Assembly: GCF_001194135.2 (NCBI RefSeq)
Contig: NC_068999.1
Span: 51,718,758 to 51,782,757, forward strand
Reading direction: 5' to 3'
DNA: 64,000 nucleotides
Source: Octopus bimaculoides
Taxonomy: Eukaryota
This document shows, one piece after another, positions 28,905-41,952 of this stretch. The translations under genes were made by a program, and so were the position numbers. The stretch's first letter is position 1; the number at the start of each line of letters is the position of its first letter. The notes under the pieces are model-generated. The model was not told the DNA's origin. It did not search any database and saw only the letters and a program-made list of their open reading frames with translations.

Positions 28905-29949
28905 TAATATATTCTTGCGTGTGATGTTCATGTTATGTGTATGTATGTTTGTGCATTCATATGTTCTTGCATGTTGTATATATGTATGTACATATACATG
29001 ATTTTGCGTATGTATGTTTTGTATATATGTTTTATGTATCTGTATGTGCATATATTCTAGTGTGGCTATGTATATGCATGTACATGTGTACATTCNNNNN
29101 NNNNNCATATATTCTAGTGTGGCTATGTATATGCATGTACATGTGTACATTCATATGTTTGTATATCTTTGTGTGTATATATATATATATATATATATAC
29201 ATTTGAATATTCTTGTGTGTATGTATGTGTGCATATATTCATATACTCTAGTATATGCATGTATTTGTATGGGTTATTATAAATATGTGTACACATCTAT
29301 ATATTCTTGTATATGTCACGTGTGTATATGCTTATATCCTTGGATGTATCTGTATGTATGTCTTATAGATGATGTGTGTCCATCCACACATTGTTATATA
29401 TGTATTTGTTTCTGACATATACAAATATATGAATATGTATATACATGATTATATTCTTGCTTGTATGTCTTATACATGTGTGTATGTTTCTATCTTATGT
29501 GTGTGTCTTATATATGTGTGTATGTGTATGTATGTGATTATACACACATTCTTGTGTGGATGCATCTTGCATCCATTTCCTCTGTGTGTGTGTGCGTGCA
29601 AATTAGGCTGAGCAAGAAATGGATAGCAGACTTAATAGAAAGGAAGGCAGGAAGTAAGGAAAGAGAAAGTAGAAGAGAGGAAGTGATAGAAAGGAAGAGA
29701 AAACTGAAATGTCTAGATGAAGCCCGGAGGAGAAGCAGAGGGGGGGGGATGAGGAACAGGAGAAAGAGAACTAGAAGAGATAATAATAATCAGTGATATG
29801 TGAGAACACGGAGAGGAGATGTGTGTGTGTGTGTGTAAGGCTGTGGTGATGGTGGTCAATGAAGGAACCAAACATCAGTGATATTAACTAAATTGTATTG
29901 ATTACTCTACATCTCTGCCTTGTATGTATTACAACTGTGTGTGTGTATG

Positions 29950-29991
<42 letters not shown>

Positions 29992-30092
29992 ATAGATAAC
30001 TCTGATAGCAATGGGACAGGTCTCTTCACTTCACTTTCTCTCTATCTCTCTTTCACTCTCTCTTTCTCTCCCTCATCTTTTTTTTAATTTCT

Positions 30093-30123
<31 letters not shown>

Positions 30124-31339
30124 ACGTTACTTTGTCTCTCCCCACTCCTTTCTTATCTGTGTGTGTGTTTAAGGATGTGTATGTTTTATGTAAGAGTATA
30201 TATATATATATATCCTTGTGGTGTGCATTTATGATTGTGTGTGCATTGCATGCTCTAGTATGTAGTGTCTTTGTGTATGTATTTCCATTTGTGCTTGTGT
30301 ATGTAAGCTTTTTATGTATTCGTGTATGTATTTATAGGTGTATATATATATAATATGCATATGTGTGTGTGTACATGTTCATATACTTGCATATGTGTGC
30401 ATATATGCAAATGTGTCTATATCTGCATATGCTCAAATTCATATGCATATATGTGCATATATATGTGTGTGCATGTACATGTGTTCATATACCTGCTTAT
30501 GTGTGTATATATAAATGTGCATCTATATATCTGTACATGCGTGCAAATTTGTGTGTGTGTGTACATGCATGTAAGCAAAAATAATACAGAAGCCTGTTGT
30601 GTGTGCACACATTGGGTCCATGTCTAGATTTATGTTCCTTTTATGCCCAGTGACTTAGTGATTCAACTGAAAGATTGAAGTATGTACCAGTTTGAAATAT
30701 GTGCTAGAGTCAATATGATTGTCTAAAAACCCTTGAAGGTGATACTCCAGCATGGTCATAGTGCAGGGACCAAATCCAGTGTCTGAATGTGTATTGCATA
30801 CAAAAAAATGGTTTCATGCTTCTCATTGTATTGTCTTATTTACAAACATGCACACACATTCAATTGGTTGGCTGAGCACACACATGCAAACAAGTGTGTA
30901 TGCACATACACAGATGCACATACACCTATGCATACATACATTCACATATACACACATACATACACTGGTTTGATGTGGGGTGGGGATCTTTTGTTATTTA
31001 AACCCATTTTGGTCCTGATTGAGCAAACCTATTATGAAAGGCATTCAAACCATGACCATCCTGTCTTTTCTTCTTTCTTCATTCATACAAGTAGAGCATA
31101 AATAGGAATATATTATTCAATGTCCTCATTTTTAGTGTGTGATTTGACAGCGGGTTGGCTGCTGTTTCTAGCATGCCAAGTGACCACAAAATAGGTTTCC
31201 TCTCTGGCTTTTGGTATGTCTGTTGGTCGATGGTATTTGGACAAGTAGTATTTAGTGATGGCATTAGTACCTGAAAATCTTGTGACTGTCTGCTGCTGTG
31301 TACTTTTCAGATGACCCCAGACTGGTGAGGGAGTGGCTA

Positions 31340-31638
31340 AGGAGGGAGAATGAGTGAGAGTGAGGAATATAGAACAAATGAAGCCCGAGTAAGAGAGAGA
31401 GAAAGGAGGGGTGTGGTTTGGTGGGGGAGTGGGGGGAGACTGGGAAATAGAATGTGTGTGTGTTGTGAGTGAGGAGGAGGTTGATCTAGAGAGAGTAAAA
31501 AATTGAAGCTGGGTGATGGGGAGATGAAAATCAAATGCAGGGAAGAGATTGGGAAGGAAAGAGGAAAGAAAGACAAAAACAGAGATTGAAAGAAATGGAG
31601 AAGATTTGCTGGAATGTTTAAGAATGGAATGAAAGAAG

Positions 31639-31669
<31 letters not shown>

Positions 31670-31766
31670 GAGGTGAGAAAGAGAGGGTGAGAGAGAATGT
31701 AGATTGATTGACAGGGAGGGAGGGAGTGAGAGAGAAAGGAAAGATGGGAGAGCAGATTTGCAAAGA

Positions 31767-31801
<35 letters not shown>

Positions 31802-32248
31802 AAAAGAGAATGTAGTGTGTGAGAGAGGGAGAGAGAGAGAGAGAAGTAGACTGTGAAAATGAAGATGAGAGAGAATGTAGATTGACCAGAGAGTGAGGGA
31901 GTGAGAGAAGTAGACTGAGAAAGACAGGTAAGAATGAATGTGGATTGACATGGGGAGGGGGGGGAGAAAATGAGTTACAAAGAAGAGATGTGAGAGCAGA
32001 TTTGCGAAGAATGAATGAGAAGAGAGAGAGAGAGAGAGATAAAGAAGAAAAGAGAGAGAGAGAGAAAGAAGAAAAGAGAGAGCGTATTTGCAAAGAATGA
32101 ATGAGAAGAGAGAGAGAGAGAGAGATAAAGAAGAAAAGAGAGAGAGAGAGAAAGAAGAAAAGAGAGAGCGTATTTGCAAAGAATGAATGAAAGAGAATGT
32201 AGGTTGCCAAAGAGTGTCAGAAAGAGAAAGAGAGAGATTGGTAGATTG

Positions 32249-32312
<64 letters not shown>

Positions 32313-32470
32313 AATGGATTTTAAAAGAATGAAGGAAGTAGGAAGTGATGTTGATTGACAAAAAGCCTGAATGATAAAGAGACAAAAGAGAAGTTGGTTG
32401 ACTTAGGAGAGAGAGGGGGGGGGAAGAAAGAGATGTTTGTGGGTGGGGGAAGTGGAAGAGAGAGAGAACT
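31340..32470. repeat. GA-rich compound microsatellite with ~75-bp higher-order repeats
   Basis: (GA)n tracts; TTTGCAAAGAATGAATGAGAAGAGAG...AGAGAGCGTA repeated about 3 times at 32000-32190. Confidence 0.9.
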
Positions 32471-33244
32471 AATCATGTAGCAGTTGTGTATGTATATTTT
32501 CTTTATTCATATCTATTCATCCATGATGTAATCTAACTTAGGCTTGTTTTAATTGATTTCTCCTTTTGAGCATTTAGAGCAATTTTTATCTATTTAAATA
32601 TTATTATTATTGTATTTCACCCGTCACTATGTTCTGAGTTCAAATTCCGCCGAGGTCGACTTTGCCTTTCACCCTTTCAGGGTCGATTAAATAAGTATCA
32701 GTTACGCACTGGGGTCGATGTAATCAACTTAATCTCCTCTCCCAAGAGGTGGGCACTTTGTCTTGCAAGTTACTTGGTGACCCCCTGCTCTTGTAAGTGT
32801 ATTTAGTATATGGAAACTGCATGGAAGCCCATGAGATTGAATGATACTGCCAAGGTGTCAAAACCATAGTGACATCTGTTAGGCAGCTGATGATAGGGAT
32901 ATGTTTGTTTGTGAATCTTTTATATCTTGGGATTTCATTATTCTGAGTTGTCCTTCATTCTCAGAAGGTTGAACTTGTTAAACGGTTCATGATTTATGGT
33001 GGTTTTATTTGTATTATTATCATATATATTCATATTGCATGATTGTCTTCATTGGTAATACTTAGATTTCTGGTTTTGAGAAGTCCTGTGGCACACATAT
33101 ACACACATCAAAAGGGGCAGCGTAGGTCACATCTACTTAGGTTTGAGAGCTGTGTGGCCTCATACATCCATGAGATGTTTTTCTCTGTCCCTTGCTATAC
33201 AGTGTGGCATGAGAAAAGTGTATATATTTAGAGATATGTATGTG

Positions 33245-33306
33245 TCCACTGCTTGACAATCGGTGTTTGGTTTGTTTACATACCCATGACTTAGCAATTT
33301 TGCAAA

Positions 33307-33338
<32 letters not shown>

Positions 33339-33340
33339 TA

Positions 33341-33412
<72 letters not shown>

Positions 33413-33578
33413 AATATATATATACGACGGGCTTCTTTCAGTTTCCGTCTACCAAATCCACTCACAAGGCTTTGGTCGGCCCGAGGCTATAGTGGAAGAC
33501 ACTTGCCCAAGGTGCCACGCAGTGGGACTGAACCGGAAACATGTGGTTGGTAAGCAAGCTACTTACCACACAGCCACT
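33245..33578 (-). mobile_element. SINE family A with expanded internal (AT)n
   Basis: Reverse complement of the family A head and body. Confidence 0.88.
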
Positions 33579-34612
33579 TAGAACTATATTATTCAGTGTG
33601 TGCCTTCTTTAAGACAGAAGGGTGTGATTTGGCCAATGTGCCTACAGTTATAGCTTCCCTCTCTCTCTCTCTCTAATTTATTTAGTTTCTTTTCTATAAA
33701 TCCTTTTGTTCGTCTATAATTAATATGCTATCAATGAATTCTATATAATATTTCTTATGAGTGGTTTCAACTAATCTTACGGTTTATAACCATGGAGTAT
33801 TGGAAGTTTCTGACCTTTACACTAATAAGGCATTCAGTAACGTCTGTTTGCTTCCTCTCTTCATCAACAACAACAACAACAACAACTTCTTTCTCCTTTA
33901 TTTTACATGTTTAGTGTATCCTTTACTATCGGCAAACACCGATGGGCTATTTTTGTATCTTTGTGGTGTTTTCCTTGTGATATAATAATAGAATAAAATA
34001 ATAGAATGTAGCAGAGTAAAAACTAAAAATATAAACTAGAACAATATTGATCAGTTGTGACCTTATAGTGTGTGTGTGTGTGTGTGTTTTTGGACATATA
34101 TGTAACTTAAGAAGTAGTGTGTGCTACACAAGGAATAAGAAAGTGTTGTAGAGTCAAGGTCTGCGTATATTTTAAGAGATATATAGTTGTGTATGTGAGA
34201 GAGTGTGTGTACTTCAACAGGTGTCTGTTTTGTATGTGTAAGTATTTTAATAGGTGTACGCGTGTGTTTATCAACAGGTGTGTGTTTATGTTTTAACAGG
34301 TGTATGTTTGTGTGTGTGTGTGTGTGTGTGTATGTGTGTGTTTTAACAGGTGTATGTTTATGTATTTTAACAAGTGTTTGTTTGTGTATGTAAGAGATTG
34401 TGTTGCATGGATGGGCGGGGCGGGGGCGGGGGATATTATTTGACAGGTTGTGCGAGTGCTTAGATGTGCAGAGAGAGAATTTGTGTATTTGTTTACATCA
34501 TTTAACAGGTGTGTGTTTATTCAGAGACAAAATGTAAGCATATAATTTCACAGATGTATATTTGTATATGAAAGAGAGCAGATTTGTAAAGAATGAATGA
34601 GTAGGAACGTAG

Positions 34613-34654
<42 letters not shown>

Positions 34655-34676
34655 GAGAGGTATTTGTAACTTGACA

Positions 34677-34717
<41 letters not shown>

Positions 34718-35177
34718 TGTGTATATAATTAGGTGTGTGTTGAAAGAGGTATGGATAATTTGTAATGAATGTGTTAGTCTACATTTGTTCTACATAGACA
34801 TATTATACCTTTTTGGAATCAGGATGATCCCAGGATTGAAAATCTGCTCTTTATTTGGTTCTTGAACATTCAGTATTGGAATCAGGTCTGGATGAAGATT
34901 TGTTTATATGCTAACAGTTGATAATTCAAATTCTAAAAGAACTCAAAAAAATTGTTAACTTACATGTTTTTCATTTAAACTAAATTTAAAATAATACCAT
35001 ATTAGTAGGGTACCAATAAATGCTTTATTATTATTATTGTTCTCTTTAGTTTTGGGCTGCAAGCCTAATTAGCCCTCTGCTGGAGCTAGCTTAAAAATCC
35101 ACATGGAGTGAAGCTTTTTAAGCCAGTAAGTAAATAAAGGTTTTATTTCAGAATAGGAAAATATTCTCTCTACTTAC

Positions 35178-35575
35178 ATCATCATCATCATCATCATCGT
35201 TTAACGTCTGCTTTCCATGCTAGCATGGGTTGGACAATTTGACTGAGGACTGGTGAACCAGATGGCTACACCAAGCTCCAATCTGATTTGGCAGAGTTTC
35301 TACAGCTGGATGCCCTTCCTAACACCAACCATTCTGAGAGTGTAGTGGGTGCTTTTACATGCCACCGGCATGAAGGCCAGTCAGGCGGTACTGGCAACGG
35401 CCACACTCGAAATGGTGTATTTTACGTGCCACCTGCACAGGAGCCAGTCCAGCAGTACTGGCAACAATCTCGCTCGAATGTCTTTTCACGTGCCAGACAG
35501 CTGGTGCTCTGGCAACGATCACGCTTGGACGGTGCTCTTAGTGCTCCACTGGTACAGGTGCCATCACGAAGTCAA
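35178..35575 (-). mobile_element. SINE/short non-autonomous family C with RTE-type (ATG)n tail
   Basis: On - it ends ...GGAAAGCAGACGTTAAACGATGATGATG. Other copies at 9243-9390, 28748-28866, 39220-39482, 53035-53310, 55915-56150. Confidence 0.85.
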
Positions 35576-36319
35576 ATTGACTGTGACAAGACAAGACAGA
35601 TTGACAAGATAAAATTATGAAAAACGATAAAAAGGACTTTAATTTCAACAAAAAGTGTTACTCCAACAGACAGTGAATTATTATTAAACAAAAGAATGCG
35701 ACTGCATTTATTTTACTTATGTCTGAAATAGACAAACAGGTTTATTTTGATTAAATACAAAGCTCTATTATATTTTAGGCCAAGGGTAAAAGTGGTGTTA
35801 TGGTGTTAATTAGTTGTGTACTTTAGTTGAAGTGAGTGAAAATCCAGTTTAACAGAATTGAGGCAGTGTTAAATTAAAACAATTATCTTTTTTATATCTC
35901 TTACTTGTTTCAGTCGTTAGATTGTGGCCTTGTTGGAGCATTGCCTTAAAGAATTTTTAGTCTGGTGAATCAACATCAGTACTTATTTTTGTTAAGCCTG
36001 GTACCTATTCTATTGGTCTCTTTTGCCGAACTGCTAAGTCACAGGGATGTAAATACACTAACACTGGTTGTTAAGCAGTAGTGAGAAACAAACTCAGACA
36101 CATGCACACACACAAGTATAAAATCCAAAGATCTATGTGAAAGAAGTTTTAAGCTTTGAGCAGTTCATGGTAGGTATATAAAAAAAAACAATGTTCAGGA
36201 ACAATGATAATCTATTGGCATCGAAAGTTGTAGGTTTTTCCCATATTGAACTTCGATAAGCTGAATATATCATCATCATCATCATCTAACGTCCGCTTTA
36301 AACGACGACGACGATGATG

Positions 36320-36354
<35 letters not shown>

Positions 36355-37689
36355 TATATTATGTATGTATGAATATGAGTGGTTTCTTTCCATTTACCAA
36401 ATCCAGCCACAAGGCTTTGGTTGGCCTGAGGCTATAGTAAAAGACACTCAGCCAAGGTGCTCTGCAGTTGGACTGAACCTGGAACCATGTGGTTGGTAAG
36501 CAAGCTTCTTAGCACACAGCCATGCCTGCGCCTACATGTAGGTGATGTATCATATTTAATATACACCATTGATAAGTTAGTTATTGCATTTTTGCTCTTG
36601 AAATAGCATCTCTTATGGATATGCTGTGTTAACACTCTAAAAATTGGAGGGAGATGGAAATCATCTCAGCTGCAGCCATTGAGAATTCCTGGTGCATTTC
36701 AACCTTTTTGATCTTTTTCAACATGTGCTTAGAAGGGATGTTATCTCAGGATGAAAACTGCAGTAACTGGCTATTCAATGGTTTATATACATTAAGTATG
36801 ATATACCGTTGACTATTTTAACTTAAAATTGCTTCAATTGTGTTTACTGGATTTTATTCAGTTAGGCAGCTATTTGCAACATCAGTGTATGTTTTCAATG
36901 TTTTCTTTATCAGAGGTAACAAATCCTTGTCTAAGTATGTGTGTGTGTTAGTGTCTCTGTCTTGACATGATGTGATAGTCGTAAACGAGTGTCACTGTTG
37001 TGGAAGTGGTATCGCTTGTTTCTATTCTTCCATGAAAACATGCCTGGCTTTGGAGAAATATCACCTCACTTGGAAACAGATGTGTGGGCAACTGGAACAG
37101 CATCCAGCTGTAGAAAATCTGCTGAGTTGACAGATCTTTCAAAATCCCAAGGTCTGTTGGGGACCTCATTTAAATAAAAGGGATCTTTGGCTGTTCAAAG
37201 GTTGGTAACCACTACAGTCAGGTGTTATTTGAGGGAGTTTTAGTTGCTATTTCTAGCAGAATGAACGACCATTTAAAGGCTCCATCATCAGTTCAGCGAA
37301 AGTAGTTGGTTGTGTTGTTTCAGTGAAGTTATTGTTTGTCATTTTTTGTTATTTCTTTCTTTTAATCTTTTTATTTAAATGAAATTACAATAGTAGGAAG
37401 AACAGAATCCCCCACTCCCCCCTTCTCTCTCACCATTGTTTTATTCATTTTTATTTATTTGTTTTTATTTATTTATTTATTTATTTAGAAATTTGTTGCT
37501 CATTCAGATTCAACAATAGATTATTGATTAGTTATGTTTTGTTTTTTATTATTATTTTTTTTTTCCATTTTGATGCCTCTTCCTCCCTCTCTCCCCTCCA
37601 CTGCACTTTTCCTTAAATTTTAAGTCCTAAAATAAGTTCCACTGGTTGCTTGTCCTAAAAATTAAACTAGGTCAGCACCATCACCCATC

Positions 37690-38995
37690 ACTGTACTACT
37701 GTCATCAGCCACCACCACCACCCTACTGCTGGCATTAGCACCACCACCACACTACTGTTACCACCACCACCACCACTGCCACCACCATCATACTGCCAGC
37801 ATCAACATCACTACCACCACCACCAGCTTCATTTTCACACTGTCATCACCACCAACTTCGCCACTACCACCATATTTACTGTCATCACTGTCACACTGCC
37901 GACGTTACCACCACCACCACCACCACCACCATTCTGCCATCATCATCATCATCATCATCTGCGTCAGTGGCTCTCAACCAGGGTCCATATTTTTGTCCAT
38001 ATTTTTGTGGGGGGTCCATGCAGGAAAATAGTAAATTGAGGATCCTCAATAGTATTTTAAGGACTCTTGAAAATATTTAGCTTTAGATGTGTGTTTTGGT
38101 ATTGTATTGCAAGAAAGGGTCAGGCTTCCTTCTCTAACATTATACGTAGTTTAACCAAAAGGAATTTGGAAAGAAATATCTATAAATTTAGTTCTTAAAC
38201 AGGGAATAGCTAGGGGCGGGGGCACCAGAATAAAATAGTAATCAAAGGGGTCCATAGATAAAAAAATGGTCAGGGAACCCCTGACCTGTGTCCTACTACT
38301 GTCCTCATCATCATCACCATATTATCATCATCACTATCTTCACACCTATCACCACCACCACCACCATCATACATACTATTCTCACCATCACCACCATACT
38401 ACCGTCATCACTATTACCACCCCCACCATCACATTACTATCACCATCACCACCACCACCACCACCATATTGCCATCATCATCACCATCAATATCAACACC
38501 ATCGTACAACTGCCATCATCATCATACTATCAGCATCATCACTACTATGACTACCACCATCATACTACTGCCTTTACCATTACTACTAATTCCCTACTAA
38601 TCATCATCTGTCACCACTATCATCATCACCACCACCATCATCACAGTTCTATCCTTATCACCATCACCATCACCATCACCATCATCATCATGACCTCTGT
38701 TATCACCATGATCTATACCACCACCTCCACCACTATCATTATTACTGACACTACTACTACTACTACTGTTGGTACTGCTATCATCACCATCATCACTATT
38801 GCTCTGATCGTTACCACCATCATGACTACTACCATAACCATTATCTGTACTATTATAAGTATTACCACCACCACCGCCACCACTGCCGTTATCATCATCA
38901 CAACTATCTCTGCTGGTATTTCTACGACTATGACTACTGCTGCTGTTCTTCCATTATCATCATCAACCATTGTCTTAACATATCACTGTGCCTGA
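37690..38995. repeat. (CAC/CAT/TAC)n trinucleotide-derived low-complexity array
   Basis: Direct inspection; it generates the spurious poly-His/Thr/Ile ORFs. Confidence 0.9.
37965..38283. mobile_element. hAT-type MITE inserted in a (CAC/CAT)n array
   Basis: Ends CAGTGGCTCTCAACC ... GGTCAGGGAACCCCTG, flanked by a degenerate 8-bp TSD ATCTGCGT / ACCTGTGT. Confidence 0.7.
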
Positions 38996-39879
38996 CAAGC
39001 TGTACTGATTTTTAAAAAAATTAAAATCCAGCAACATTTAAAAACTTAGCGAATGTATTTTGTCTACCGGGCTATGTTGAATTGGAACAGTGAGTTTCAT
39101 GGAAAGATGACTGCCCACCCTGTTTACAACCATGTTATGTAATAGCATTAGACTAAGATGTATAATGTTATGTCATGCTATATAACAATGGCTTAGTGGT
39201 TAGGGTAGGCAGTTTCTCTTATCATCATTGTTGTTTAACGTCCGCTTTCCATGCTAGCATGGGTTGGACGATTTGACTGAGGACTGGCACCAGGCTCCAA
39301 TCTGATCTGGCAGAGTTTCTACAGCTGGATGCCCTTCCTAATGCCAACGACTCTGAGAGTGTAGTGAGTGCTTTTACATGCCACAGACACGAGGGCCAGT
39401 CACACGGTACTGGCGACAGCCACGCTCAGAAAGGTGTTTTTTTTACGTGCCACCTGCATGGGAGCCAGTTCAGCGGCACTGCCTTGTTGCATTTAAAAAA
39501 AATTTTTTTATTTCCTTGACTATGAAGACCGATCTTTGGTTTTGGTGCCATAGCTGTAGACCCACAATTCATCAGCTGCCACAACAGTTTTCATAATGTT
39601 TTCATCTTCCTCAACACAGTCAATTAGATCCTGCTCAGCTGAAGCCTAATCTTCTTTTTTGAGGTGACCACACTCTACACAATTTACTCCCAAGCATTGC
39701 TAATAAAACAACAGAAGTGAGCGAGAATGTCATAACTTTGTATGCATGCACAACAGAGTTCAATATCAATCTGTGCCAAGCAGCCCCACTCTGTGTACTT
39801 CAGCTCTGTTACCATAGCAACAGTCTCAGTACTGTTTTGATCAAACCTCGTATTGAGTACAAAGTGGTTCTTTATTTGG

Positions 39880-40585
39880 TTTTACCCAATGTGCTGGATA
39901 TGCAGTGTACAGTGTACATGGTTTTATAGCATAGGATATATCAATATCTAATGTGCTGTATATGCTATGTATAGCATGATTCTGTATGTAATCTTGTAGC
40001 ATATAACACATCCAATGTATTGGATACACAATGTACAGCAAAATTCTGTACTTGGCCTCAGAGCATGGAATATCTCTAATGTACAGGCTACATTATATAC
40101 AGCATGATTCCATATTTGACCTTGTAGCATGGAATATATCATGTGTTGGGTATATTAGATGGTGTGATTCCATACTTGGCCTTGTAGCATAGAATATATC
40201 CAATGTATTGGATACGCAATGTACAGTGTGATTCTGTACTTGGGCTTATAGCATGGAATCTATCTAATGTACAGGATATCTTACATCCAACACGATTCCA
40301 TATTTGACCTTGTAGCATGGAATATATCATGTGCTGGATATATTATGTGGTGTGGTTCCATATTTGACCTTGTAACATGCAATATATCATGTGCTGGATA
40401 TATTATGTGGTGTGGTTCCATATTTGACATTGTAACATGGAATATATCATGTGCTGGATATATTATGTGGTGTGGTTCCATATTTGACCTTGTAGCATGG
40501 AATATATCCAATGTGCTTAAGAGGCTATATACAACATAATTCCATATTTGGCCTTGTAGCATAGAATATATCAAATATGCTGGAG
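39880..40585. repeat. 60-bp minisatellite, about 11-12 units
   Basis: Three near-identical units CATGTGCTGGATATATTATGTGGTGTGGTTCCATATTTGACCTTGTAGCATGGAATATAT at 40328-40507, with more diverged units on both sides. Confidence 0.92.
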
Positions 40586-41528
40586 ATAGATGCTGTGAGT
40601 CATAAAAACAAACTGATTGATTGATTGTCTATAGATCATGGAGGTCAGTTCTTACAGAACTAACCAGGCGCTATTTAGTATTGATTAAATTTTTTTTTTT
40701 TTTTTTTCTACTACTAGACATCAGAACTGTGATCCCCTTTAGTATATTAGTCTGCCAACCCATCTCATTGCATCTCTTCAATAGTTTGAAGGAATAAAAT
40801 GCAAAAATTGAAATCAGTGAACTGTGAAGTTGGAAGTAAGGAAAACTAAAACTAAAATTCTGTTTGATACATTATTTAATCCCTTTCTCTTCAGCATTAG
40901 TTTTTCTATTCTGACCGTTCAATAGTTGCATTTGTTAATGTTTGTCTGTTGCCAAGTCCATCACAGAAGAGTCAGTTATGTGAAATTTGCATTGCAATCC
41001 TTCATTTGTTTCTGTCATTAGACAGTGGCCATGCTGGGGCACTGGTTTGAAGAATTTTTAGTCGAATGAATTGACCTCGGTACTTTTTTTTTCCATTTTT
41101 TATTTTTAAAGCCTGGGTACCTATTCTATTGATCCCTTTTGCTGAACTGCTAAGTTATGGGGACATAAACACACCAACACTGGTTTTCAAATGGTGCAGT
41201 GAGGAACAAAGACATACACACAAGGACTATTCAATTTTTTTTCTCCGTGTTTTTCTCCTTGTTTTCTCCGTATTCTTTCTGTTGAAGAGCGTAGCTCGAA
41301 ATGTTAAAGACTTTCTGTNNNNNNNNNNCACAAGGACTATTCAATTTTTTTTCTCCGTGTTTTTCTCCTTGTTTTCTCCGTATTCTTTCTGTTGAAGAGC
41401 GTAGCTCGAAATGTTAAAGACTTTCTGTATTCCCAAGCGTCAAACTAATACATCCTTTTGTTGTTTACACCACCTGTCCTCGTCTGTTGTTGTTTTTTTT
41501 CGTACATTCTCCCATATATATATATATA

Positions 41529-41915
41529 GGTGTATGAGTGGCTGTGTGGTAAGAAGCTTGCTTCCCAACCACATGGTTCCAGGTTCAGTCCCACTGCATG
41601 GCACCTTGGGTAGGTGTCTTCTTCTATAGCCTAAGGGCAACCAAATCCTTGTGGGTGGATTTGGTAGGCGGAAACTGAAAGAAGCCCGTCATATATATAT
41701 ATGTGTATGTATGAGTTTGTCTGTGTTTGTCCCCCCACTATCACTTGACAACTGATGTTGGTATGTTTACGTCCTCTGTAACTTAGTGGTTTGGCAAAAA
41801 GAGACCGATAGAATAAGTACTAGGCTTACAAAGAATAAATCCCGGGGTTGATTTGCTTGACTAAAGGTGGTGCTCCAGCATGGCCGCAGTCAAATGACTG
41901 AAACAAGTAAAAGAG
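41529..41915 (+). mobile_element. SINE family A (most abundant; tRNA-like head GTGGCTGTGTGGTAAGAAG...GGTTCAGTCCC), near full length
   Basis: A-box/B-box-like head, internal (AT)n(GT)n, tail GACTGAAACAAGTAAAAGAGT. More than 20 recognisable copies, e.g. 8025-8175+, 19775-20257+, 22445-22776+, 25245-25385-, 26303-26590+, 36370-36530-, 44555-44820+, 54075-54215+, 60990-61140-. Confidence 0.9.

Positions 41916-41952
<37 letters not shown>

Noticed and set aside
31113-32385. 365-aa, 280-aa and 136-aa Ser/Leu-rich ORFs on -
   Set aside because: Translations of (CT)n/(GA)n microsatellite; no domain content or splice logic.
38266-38995. Poly-His/Thr/Ile ORFs (up to 235 aa), and similar ORFs at 576-1076
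   Set aside because: Trinucleotide low-complexity arrays are stop-poor by construction.
37285-39575. Additional CTGATGA heptamers on - (37285-37291 and 39569-39575)
   Set aside because: The first lacks the U16.1/NUH site and stem I; the second has no downstream GAAA. Not counted as hammerheads.
41219-41428. Exact 100-bp direct repeat; similar ~47-bp repeat at 29049-29152
   Set aside because: Both copies flank a 10-N gap, the typical unmerged contig-overlap artefact.
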